64,000 nt of DNA, from contig JAUYSH010000023.1 in assembly GCA_030696455.1 (NCBI GenBank), positions 3,492 through 67,491 on the forward strand, given 5' to 3'. This document shows positions 34,131 through 42,047 of this stretch, piece by piece (position 1 is the first letter of the stretch; every line of letters begins with the position of its first letter). This DNA is from Elusimicrobiota bacterium (GTDB lineage Bacteria; Elusimicrobiota; Elusimicrobia; UBA1565; UBA9628). A program made the translations under genes and the position numbers. A model generated the notes under the pieces. The model ran no database searches. It worked only from the letters and a program-made list of their open reading frames with translations, and was not told where the DNA came from.

Positions 34131-36033
34131 TCATCCACTCGTAGGCCGAGCGATGGCTGTCGAGCGCGTCGGCGTGCGCGACGAAGCGCGCGTAGACGGG
34201 GTGACGCCCCACGGTGGCCGAGTCGCCGACGACGATGAGGCAGCGGCGGGCGCGCGTGATCGCGACGTTGAGGCGGCGCATGTCGGACAGGAAGCCGATC
34301 TGGCCCGCTTCGCTCGAGCGCACCAGGCTCAGGATGATCGCCTCCTTCTCGCGGCCCTGGAATCCGTCCACTGAGCCGATCTCGAGGCCAGGCTCGCGCA
34401 CCAAAGTCTTGAGCAGCTTCGCCTGCGCGACGTACGGCGTGAGGATGGCGACGTCCTTGGGCCTGAGCCCGGAGCCGAGCAGCTCGTACAGCAGCTTGAC
34501 GGCCAATTCTGCCTCGCCCTTGTTCTCGCGGCTCTCGAGCACGTCGTTCCAGGCCTCGTCGAAGCCGGCGCCCGCCGTGTCGACGTAGGTGACCGGGCGG
34601 CTCGTGAGGTCCGAGGGCGCCGCACCCGGCAGCTCCGAGGCGACGTGCTTCGCGACGGACTCGTCGGCGATGAGCTTGCCCTCGTAGAACTCCTGCGACG
34701 GGAAGCGCATGATGTCCTCGTGCATGCGGTACTGCACGCGCAGCAAGGTCTGCGTCGAGGCGGGCAGAATGTCTTTAAGGCGGTCGAAGAGGGTCGTCGC
34801 CAGGCCGCCTTCGGCGGCTTCCTTGGAGTAGATCGTCGGCGGCAATTGATTGGCGTCGCCCGCGAAGATCGCCTTGCGCGCGATGGTCAGAGGCACCCAC
34901 GACAGAGGCTCGCTGGCCTGCGAGGCCTCGTCGAGCACGACGAGGTCGAAATCCCCTTTGACATACCTCTTGGAGATCCCGGCGTGGGTCGCCAGCACCA
35001 CGTTGGCGCCCGCGACGATGTGGCGAGCGATCTCGGCCTCGAGGTCGCGGGCCTGGCGCCAGAGCTTGCCCACCTCGCGCTCGCGCAGCTGGCGCTCCTC
35101 ATGGCCCAGCTGAGAAATGCCGCGGCCGTGGCGGGACTTGCGGTGGATCAGGCGCTCGCGGTACGCGTCGAGCTCCTTGACCTCCTCGTACGCCGGATCC
35201 TCCTCGATCTGCGCGGCGAGGTTGCCGTGGCGCAGGCTCTCGAGCGTGCGCGCGGGGTGCCCGAGCCGCGTCACGCGCAGTCCGGTGCCGATGAGCTTCT
35301 CCAAAATATTGTCGACGGCGATGTTCGAGGGCGCCGTGGCGAGCACGCGCTCGCCGCGGGCGACGTGCTGGCGTATGATCTCGACGAGGACGGTCGTCTT
35401 GCCGGTGCCGGGCGGGCCGTGCACGAGCGCGACGTCCTGGGCCGCCAGGGACGCCTTGACCGCGGTCTGCTGATATTCGTTCAGGGCGCGGTTGAACCAG
35501 AGGATCTTGGGGACCTTGGTCCGCTCGGGGGCCTGCTCGCCGAGGAAGATCTCCCTCAGGGTCGAGACGCGGGAGCGCTTCGATTCCGCGACGGTGACGA
35601 GCGCCTTGCGCATGCGCTGGTAGGTCGCGTCGGAGCCGAGCAGGTCGATCTGGCAGTGCCCGCGGATGTCCTCCTCCGGGGCGGCGCGATTCATCGCCAC
35701 GGTCACGCGGTACTCGTCGACCTTATACAACGTCCCTTCCACGGACTCGAACTCGTTGTTCGGCGACAACGTCAACAGGACGTTGTCGCCGGCGTTCATC
35801 GCGTGGAAGGGCGCGAGCTCCTCGCCCTTCGGAGCTCGGGAGAGCGTGACCATCGTCAGCCCGCCCATGCCCCCGCTGATCGCTTCCGCGATCAGCCCTG
35901 TTACGGTCTTGCCGCGCGCCTCGCGCTGGGAGACCGGGAACTTGCGCAGCTCGCGGAGGTTCTCCGCCTTCTCGGCCTCGCGTTCGAGGTCGATCAGCTC
36001 CTGCAGCTTCGCGAAATGTTCCTTGCCGGCCAT
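34123..36033 (-). CDS. Superfamily-1 helicase, Upf1/IGHMBP2-like (AAA_11/AAA_12)
   Basis: Walker A VHGPPGTGKTT, DEAS box VVLDEASQ, GDANQLPPT, and VDGFQGREKEAIILS. Start trimmed to ATG 36033 (MAGKEH); the ORF-track start is TTG 36054. Confidence 0.85.
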   Translation of the reverse strand: MAGKEHFAKLQELIDLEREAEKAENLRELRKFPVSQREARGKTVTGLIAEAISGGMGGLTMVTLSRAPKGEELAPFHAMNAGDNVLLTLSPNNEFESVEGTLYKVDEYRVTVAMNRAAPEEDIRGHCQIDLLGSDATYQRMRKALVTVAESKRSRVSTLREIFLGEQAPERTKVPKILWFNRALNEYQQTAVKASLAAQDVALVHGPPGTGKTTVLVEIIRQHVARGERVLATAPSNIAVDNILEKLIGTGLRVTRLGHPARTLESLRHGNLAAQIEEDPAYEEVKELDAYRERLIHRKSRHGRGISQLGHEERQLREREVGKLWRQARDLEAEIARHIVAGANVVLATHAGISKRYVKGDFDLVVLDEASQASEPLSWVPLTIARKAIFAGDANQLPPTIYSKEAAEGGLATTLFDRLKDILPASTQTLLRVQYRMHEDIMRFPSQEFYEGKLIADESVAKHVASELPGAAPSDLTSRPVTYVDTAGAGFDEAWNDVLESRENKGEAELAVKLLYELLGSGLRPKDVAILTPYVAQAKLLKTLVREPGLEIGSVDGFQGREKEAIILSLVRSSEAGQIGFLSDMRRLNVAITRARRCLIVVGDSATVGRHPVYARFVAHADALDSHRSAYEWMNG

Positions 36034-36078
36034 GGGGGACCAACAGTCTAGCAATTAGCGGCGGGCTTCTTTGATAAC

Positions 36079-37281
36079 ATGCCCCTCGTGGAGCTTCCCG
36101 AGATCCCGCATCTTCCGCCCCCCGTCCGGAAGTACCTGCGCCGGCCCAAGCCGAGCTCGGGCGACTTCACGTGGGACGCCGACGACCACGTGGCGGGCAA
36201 CACGCTGGCGCTGTACGTCCGCGGCAAGGACCTGTTCGCGGCGATGGCGGAGGCCATCGACGCGGCCGAAGAGACCGTGCATCTCGAGACGTACCGCTTC
36301 GCCGGCGACGAGACCGGCAAGGCCTTCGCCGAGAGGCTCGCGCGCGCGGCCCGGCGCGGCGTGCGCGTGCGCCTGATCTACGACTCCGTCGGCTCCATCG
36401 AGCTCGCGCCGGAGACGGAGACCGCGATGCGCAACGCCGGGGTGCAGATCCTCGAGTACCATCCCGTAGCACCCTGGCGCCCCCGCTGGGCCTGGAACAA
36501 GCGCGACCACCGCAAGATCCTGGTCTGCGACGGAAGGATCGGCTTCATCGGCGGGATGAACATCAGCGACGAGCACGCGCCGCGGGAGGAGGGCGGCCTA
36601 GACTGGCCCGACGCGCACGCGCGCGTCGAGGGGCCCGCCGTCCACGAGCTCGAGCGCCTGTTCCGGGCGGTGTGGCACAAGGAGACGGGACGCTGGTTCG
36701 AAGCCCATCCCGTGCCCGCGCCCAAGCCCGGGCCCTCGCCGGTGCGCGTCGTCGGCAACCACGAGATCCTCAAGCGCTTCGCCATCCGCGAGGGCTACGT
36801 CAACGCCCTGCGCGCGGCCCGGACCGAGGTCTCCATCGCGAACTCCTACTTCATCCCCGATTGGCGCGTGCGCCGCTCGCTCGCCCAGGCGGTGCGCCGC
36901 GGCGTCGACGTGCGCGTGCTGGTGCCGGGGCGCTCGGACATCCGTTCTGTCTGGTACGCGATGAGGGCGTCTTACAGCTCGCTGCTGTCGCGCGGCGTGC
37001 GCATCTTCGAGTGGCAGGGGCCGATGATGCACGCGAAGGCCGTCGTCGTCGACCGCAAATGGTGCGCGGTCGGCTCCTACAACCTCGACCACCGCTCCCT
37101 GCAGCACAATCTCGAGGTCAACCTGCAGACGACCGACGGGCGCTTCGCCGCCGAGCTCAGCAAGCGCTTCGAGGCCGGCATCGAGGGCGCCCTCGAGATC
37201 ACGCCGTACGCCTGGAGCCGGCGCTCGCTGGCGGAGCGGGGCCTGGAGCGCTTCTTCGCCTCTTTCGGGTACTTCTTCTGA
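36079..37281 (+). CDS. clsB: Phospholipase D-family protein, ClsB-type cardiolipin synthase-like
   Basis: 400 aa with two HKD motifs: HRKILVCDGRIGFIGGMNISDEH and HAKAVVVDRKWCAVGSYNLDHRS. Confidence 0.75.
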   Translation: MPLVELPEIPHLPPPVRKYLRRPKPSSGDFTWDADDHVAGNTLALYVRGKDLFAAMAEAIDAAEETVHLETYRFAGDETGKAFAERLARAARRGVRVRLIYDSVGSIELAPETETAMRNAGVQILEYHPVAPWRPRWAWNKRDHRKILVCDGRIGFIGGMNISDEHAPREEGGLDWPDAHARVEGPAVHELERLFRAVWHKETGRWFEAHPVPAPKPGPSPVRVVGNHEILKRFAIREGYVNALRAARTEVSIANSYFIPDWRVRRSLAQAVRRGVDVRVLVPGRSDIRSVWYAMRASYSSLLSRGVRIFEWQGPMMHAKAVVVDRKWCAVGSYNLDHRSLQHNLEVNLQTTDGRFAAELSKRFEAGIEGALEITPYAWSRRSLAERGLERFFASFGYFF

Positions 37282-37303
37282 GAATTTGGTAATCTCCCCT
37301 CCG

Positions 37304-37774
37304 ATGAAGCGTCTTTACCTGATGCGGCACGGACATTCCCCCACGACGATGGAGGCGGGCGTGTCCTCGGACGCCCTGCGGCCCCTCTCCGACCTCGGGC
37401 GGGAGGACGCGCGCCGGATGGCCTCCGAGCTCGCGCGCCTCGGCTGCGCCCCCGGCCTCATCCTGCATTCGCCGCTGCTCCGGGCGGTACAGACCGCCGC
37501 GGAGATGGCCTCGGTCCTCAAGCCGTCCGGGGGCCGCGAGATCTTCGCCCCCCTCGACAACACCAAGCCCGCCGAGGAGGTCGAGATCGCGATCGCCGCG
37601 CGGGCCGCGGCCGTCGACGAGGTCCTCTGCGTCGGCCACCAGCCCCAGATCGGCGAGGTCGCCGCCCTGCTCGCGGAGACCGCCTTCGAGTTCCGCCCGG
37701 CCACGATCGTCGCCGTCGAATTCACGCCCAAGCCCCGGGTCCTCTGGGCGATGAGCCCCGAACGCTCGAAATGA
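37304..37774 (+). CDS. sixA: Phosphohistidine phosphatase SixA
   Basis: MKRLYLMRHGHS (RHG motif) and a later CVGHQP. I prefer the ATG at 37304 over the TTG at 37286. Confidence 0.75.
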   Translation: MKRLYLMRHGHSPTTMEAGVSSDALRPLSDLGREDARRMASELARLGCAPGLILHSPLLRAVQTAAEMASVLKPSGGREIFAPLDNTKPAEEVEIAIAARAAAVDEVLCVGHQPQIGEVAALLAETAFEFRPATIVAVEFTPKPRVLWAMSPERSK

Positions 37775-38619
37775 CCCCGCAGGGCCGCCGCCAGAGCGAC
37801 CACGCGGACTTCCGCGCCGGCATGCGGACGGCGCCGCATTATCTTCTCTATCCGGCGGCCGGCGCGCTGCTGGGCCTCGCCTCGCCCCTGGGCGCGTTCC
37901 TGCTGCGCTTCTGGCTCGCCGACCCGCTGCTCAAGGGCGTCTGGGCCCGGCACGAGCTCGACTACAACTTCCTATTCTACGCGTACATGGGCGCGGGCTC
38001 GGTCTTCGCCTTCCTGGTGTTCGGCTACGTGATCGGCCTGCGCTCGGAGCGCCAGCGCGTGAGCAACCGCGTTCTCTCCGCGCGCGTGGAGGAGCTGCAC
38101 CTGAAGTCGGTGACGGACGGGCTGACCGGCGCCTTCACGCACGGCTATCTCCAGGAGATCCTCGAGCTCGAGATCCAGCGCTCGTTGACCCAGAAGACCC
38201 CGCTGTCGGTCATGATGGTGGACATCGACGACTTCAAGCGGATCAATGACAGCCACGGTCATTTATTCGGCGACCGCGTCATCAAAGAAACCGCCGAGAC
38301 GATCTCCGCGAACGTGCGCTCCGACGACATACTCGGCCGCTACGGCGGCGACGAGTTCGTCGTGATCATGCCCGGCGCCGACGCCGCGACGGCCGTGCAC
38401 GTCGCGGGCCGCTCCCGCGCCGGCATCGCCAAGAACGGGTACCTCGCGACGATCAGCGTCGGCGTGGCCACCAGCGAGGACCCCGGCAAGGAATCCTCCG
38501 CGGAGCTCCTCCATCGCGCGGACATGAATCTCTACCAGGCCAAGCACGACGGCAAGAACTGCGTCCGCGACTACTGCGCCCTGCCCGACGTGCCGCGGCG
38601 CCGCCAGACCGACGCCTAA
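37771..38619 (+). CDS. Membrane-anchored diguanylate cyclase (GGDEF) with an I-site
   Basis: 282 aa with two N-terminal TM helices. Active-site RYGGDEF is preceded by RSDD (RxxD) five residues upstream. ATGA overlap with the sixA stop. Confidence 0.85.
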   Translation: MTPQGRRQSDHADFRAGMRTAPHYLLYPAAGALLGLASPLGAFLLRFWLADPLLKGVWARHELDYNFLFYAYMGAGSVFAFLVFGYVIGLRSERQRVSNRVLSARVEELHLKSVTDGLTGAFTHGYLQEILELEIQRSLTQKTPLSVMMVDIDDFKRINDSHGHLFGDRVIKETAETISANVRSDDILGRYGGDEFVVIMPGADAATAVHVAGRSRAGIAKNGYLATISVGVATSEDPGKESSAELLHRADMNLYQAKHDGKNCVRDYCALPDVPRRRQTDA

Positions 38620-39368
38620 GGAGCCTTGGCCGCCGAGTACGGGCAGTCCGACTTGAAGTCGCAGCGAGGGCAGTACTTCGTGTCGGGCGGGAACGCGGCC
38701 GCCTCGATGCCCGACGCGGCCGCGCGGATGTCCGCGTCGAGGGCGTCCTCGCCCGCCGCGTCATAGGGCGCGCTGACGCGCTCCCCGGCGACGACGCAGT
38801 CCACCGTCAGCACGGCGGGATCGAGGCCCAGGCCGCGCCGCGCGCCGAGGGCGTAGAAGCGCATCTGGCGGTCCGCCGCGACCTGCTCCGGCGTCGGTGC
38901 TCCGCGTCCGGTCTTGTAGTCGATGAGCTCGTAGGCTCCGTCGGGGCTCTGGTCGATGCGGTCGATCATCCCGCGGATCACATGCGCCCCGGACGCCCAA
39001 ACGAACTCCTTCTCCACGCAGACGGTCCGCGCCCGGCGAGACTCCTCCTCGCCGTGGAAGCGCGTCATCGCGCGCACGGCCTTCGCGTAGGAGCGCGCCT
39101 CGGAGTCCTCGTCAGGGTAGCCGTCGGTGAGCCAGCGGGAGCGCAGGAAGGAGAGCAGCGACTCGAGCGAGATTTCCCCGCTCTCGAGCCACGCCTCGAG
39201 CGCGCGGTGCAGGGACAGGCCGAAGGACGATTTCGGCGTCAGAGGGATCTTGCGGCCGTCGACGAACAGCAGCTTGTACTTCCAGGGGCACTCCCGGTAG
39301 ATGCGGAACCGGGTGTACGAGATCTCCAAGCTAACCGGCCGGGACGACGCGGCGGATAAACTCGACAT
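38616..39368 (-). CDS. PD-(D/E)XK nuclease, Cas4/RecB-like with a 4-Cys cluster
   Basis: Start trimmed to ATG 39368 (MSSLSAASS). YRECPWKY (first Cys), MIDRID...YELIDYKTG (D..ExK), and C-terminal CPRCDFKSDC (CX2CX5C). Confidence 0.75.
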   Translation of the reverse strand: MSSLSAASSRPVSLEISYTRFRIYRECPWKYKLLFVDGRKIPLTPKSSFGLSLHRALEAWLESGEISLESLLSFLRSRWLTDGYPDEDSEARSYAKAVRAMTRFHGEEESRRARTVCVEKEFVWASGAHVIRGMIDRIDQSPDGAYELIDYKTGRGAPTPEQVAADRQMRFYALGARRGLGLDPAVLTVDCVVAGERVSAPYDAAGEDALDADIRAAASGIEAAAFPPDTKYCPRCDFKSDCPYSAAKAP

Positions 39369-39918
39369 CGGTATCGCCGTACCGTTCTTCCCGATATTTT
39401 TCGCAGCCTGCCGGGATTTCGACCTTCTCTTTTTTATAACGCTGAAGAAGGGCGACGCCGCCCGGAGCCAGCAGATTGGCTTCGGCCACCCGCGCCAAGG
39501 TCGCAGTGGAGTAGGCGAGCATCTTGTTGTCCTCCGTCCGGTACGGCGGTCCCATATAGATGATGTCGAAGTCGGAGACGCCGGCGCGGTAGGAGATCCA
39601 CGACAGGTCCTGCAATATGTCGCCGTAGCAGGCCCGGCCCTTCGCCGCGAAGCCCAGGCGCTTGAGATTCTCCTCGATGACGGCCACGCAGCGCTTGTCG
39701 GCGTCGACGAAGAACGCCGAGGCGGCGCCACGGGAAAGGGCTTCGATGCCGACGGCCCCTGTGCCCGCGTACAGGTCGAGGATCCGCGCGCCTTCGAGGC
39801 GAGGGCGGAGGATGTCGAACACGGATTTCTTGATGCGGGCCGAGATGGGTTTGACCATCATTTCCTTCGGCACGCTCTTGAGGGCACGTCCGCGACTTTC
39901 GCCGGCGATGATGCGCAT
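39331..39918 (-). CDS. rsmD: 16S rRNA (guanine966-N2)-methyltransferase RsmD
   Basis: Real start at ATG 39918 (MRIIAGESRGRAL). SAM motif LDLYAGTGAVGIEALSRGA and DPPY-like GPPY. Confidence 0.85.
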   Translation of the reverse strand: MRIIAGESRGRALKSVPKEMMVKPISARIKKSVFDILRPRLEGARILDLYAGTGAVGIEALSRGAASAFFVDADKRCVAVIEENLKRLGFAAKGRACYGDILQDLSWISYRAGVSDFDIIYMGPPYRTEDNKMLAYSTATLARVAEANLLAPGGVALLQRYKKEKVEIPAGCEKYREERYGDTDVEFIRRVVPAG

Positions 39919-39948
39919 GGGTGTGATTATTATAGAATACCGGACCCA

Positions 39949-41220
39949 ATGAGCGCTCAAATCATCATCGTGGACGACGACCCCCTCGTAGGCGGGCTGA
40001 CGCTCGAGCTCCTCAACGACGCCGGCTACAGCTCCCGGCTGATCCAGGACAGCCTCAAGGCGCAGGACATCATCAAGGCCGAGAAGCCCGCGCTCGTCAT
40101 CCTCGACATCCTGATGCCCGGCCTCGACGGCCTGACCTTGCTCCACCGCTTGAAGTCCGATCCCGAGACCGAGCCCATCCGCGCGATCATCGTCTCCGGC
40201 AAGTCCTTCGAGGCCGAGAAGCAGCGCGCGGCGCAGTACGGCGCCGAGGCCTTCATCGAGAAGCCCTACGACGTTGAGCTGTTCGCCCAGAAGGTCAACG
40301 AGATCATGAAAAAGCAGGGGGTGGACCCGAGGAAGACGGCGCGCCCCCCCTCCGAGCCCGCGCCGGTCGTGCGCAGCGAGCTCAAGGCCGTGGTCTGGGG
40401 CTGCCGCTCGACCTCCTCGGCCGTGTCGCCGGTCGTGACCCGCTACGGCAAGCACACCTCGTGCGTCTCGGTGGAGACGCCCTCCCACATCTTCGTCTTC
40501 GACGCCGGCTCGGGCATAAGCCTTCTCGGCAACGAGCTGATGAAGTCCGGGAAGCACAAGGAGATCTGGCTGTTCCTCACCCACTTCCACCATGACCATG
40601 TCGAGGGCCTCGCCGGCTTCCCGTGCGCGCACGACAAGGACTACACCCTCCACATCAGCGGCGCCTCCGAGGCGGACAAGCCCTTCGAAAAGGCGCTCGA
40701 GGCGGCCTTCGAGCCCGGCTTCGGCGACAAGCCCGTTCCCGCGAAGCTCGAGCTCTATGAGCTGCTGGAGCAGACTTACGAGATCCTGCCCGGCGTGCGC
40801 CTCTCGGTCTTCTACGCCAACCACCCCGGCACCACGCTCGCCTTCGCGCTCCAGACCGAGGGGCGCAAGATCGTGTACTGCCCCGACAGCGAGCTGTACG
40901 GCGAGTACGCGACCGCGCTGCAGGACTACGACGAGAAGATCGGCGCGGTGTGCCGCGGCGCGGATCTCATGTTCCACGACGGCCGCTACACGGCCGAGGA
41001 CTACAAGAAGAACCGCAACACCGGACACTCGAGCTTCCTCGCCGCGGTGGATTTCGCGGGAAAGAACCTCGTCAAGGCGCTGGTGCTCGTCCATCAGGAC
41101 GACAGCTACGCCGACGCGGTGCTCGAGCAGATGGGCAAGGAAGCCCAGGCGCGCGCCGACGAGCGCGGCTACAAGCTGAAGGTCGTGCTGGGCCGCGAAG
41201 GCCTGCGCATCACGGCTTAG
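39949..41220 (+). CDS. Response-regulator receiver fused to a metallo-beta-lactamase-fold domain
   Basis: Start at ATG 39949 (MSAQIIIVDDD). Receiver Asp in LVILDILMPGLDG. The MBL motif THFHHDHVEG lies downstream. Confidence 0.8.
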   Translation: MSAQIIIVDDDPLVGGLTLELLNDAGYSSRLIQDSLKAQDIIKAEKPALVILDILMPGLDGLTLLHRLKSDPETEPIRAIIVSGKSFEAEKQRAAQYGAEAFIEKPYDVELFAQKVNEIMKKQGVDPRKTARPPSEPAPVVRSELKAVVWGCRSTSSAVSPVVTRYGKHTSCVSVETPSHIFVFDAGSGISLLGNELMKSGKHKEIWLFLTHFHHDHVEGLAGFPCAHDKDYTLHISGASEADKPFEKALEAAFEPGFGDKPVPAKLELYELLEQTYEILPGVRLSVFYANHPGTTLAFALQTEGRKIVYCPDSELYGEYATALQDYDEKIGAVCRGADLMFHDGRYTAEDYKKNRNTGHSSFLAAVDFAGKNLVKALVLVHQDDSYADAVLEQMGKEAQARADERGYKLKVVLGREGLRITA

Positions 41221-42047
41221 GCCGACAGCTTCCGGACGAACTCCAGGCTGGCCCGGTCGTCCTCGCGCCCGCCGGCGGGCATCTCGAGGATGCCCGGGAT
41301 CGACGAGAACTCCTCGCGGTCGAGCAAGGCTTTCAGGCCCTCGCGCCCGAGACGGCCGCGGCCCCAGTGCTCGTGGTGCTCCCGATGAGAACCGATCAAC
41401 GCCCTCGTGTCGTTCAAATGAAAAGCCTTGACGGCATCGAAGCCGAGGAGACGGTGCGCGCGGGCGAGGAACGACAACGAGCCTTCGGCGGTGGAGCAGT
41501 CGTAGCCCGCCGCGTAGGCGTGGGCCGTGTCTAAGCAAACGCCGATGTCGGGGAGAGACGGCTTTAGCGCGTCTTGCAGACGCGCTAGATCCTCGAGGCT
41601 CCCGCCCATGCGGCGGCCGCCGCCGGGGACGTTTTCCAACAGCAACGGCGTTTGACAGGAACTCTGTTCGACGGCCATTATGACGGACTGCGCGAAGAGT
41701 TTAACGCCTGTCTCCAAGCTCGAGTCCGGCGAATAGGCGCCGCCATGGATCACGTACGCATCTCCTCCCAAAGCGGCCGTCAGAATGAGCTCGTCCGCGA
41801 GATGCTTGACCGATCCGTTTCGTCGGACGAAGTCCGACGACGCCAAACTCGGTACGAACCGGGAATGAACGAGCAGTCGGAGCTTCGCCGCGCTCCGCGC
41901 GGCGGCGAAAGAAGATAATTCATCGGGCAACGGCTTTATATGACGGCGGTAGGGCAATATCTGCAGGGACTCGCAGCCGAGCGCTAGAGCTTCTTTTAAC
42001 GCCGCGTCGAAGCCTCCACGGACCGAGGCATGGACACCCAGCTTCAC
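41217..42047 (-). CDS. nfo: Endonuclease IV (AP endonuclease family 2)
   Basis: 276 aa. FHLNDTRALIGSHREHHEHWGRGRLG matches the Nfo signature. GTG start overlaps the ALDH stop (GTGA). Confidence 0.8.
   Translation of the reverse strand: MKLGVHASVRGGFDAALKEALALGCESLQILPYRRHIKPLPDELSSFAAARSAAKLRLLVHSRFVPSLASSDFVRRNGSVKHLADELILTAALGGDAYVIHGGAYSPDSSLETGVKLFAQSVIMAVEQSSCQTPLLLENVPGGGRRMGGSLEDLARLQDALKPSLPDIGVCLDTAHAYAAGYDCSTAEGSLSFLARAHRLLGFDAVKAFHLNDTRALIGSHREHHEHWGRGRLGREGLKALLDREEFSSIPGILEMPAGGREDDRASLEFVRKLSA

Noticed and set aside
36079-37281. PLD-family protein as a defence nuclease partner of the divergent helicase
   Set aside because: The two HKD motifs with GG.N/GS.N spacing and the ~400-aa size fit ClsB-type cardiolipin synthases better than Nuc-like nucleases. 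The genes are divergent, not co-transcribed. It is kept only as a note in the helicase finding.
36171-37292. 373-aa plus-strand ORF overlapping cls in another frame
   Set aside because: It is an Arg/Pro/Gly-rich alternate frame, whereas the 36079 frame carries both HKD motifs.
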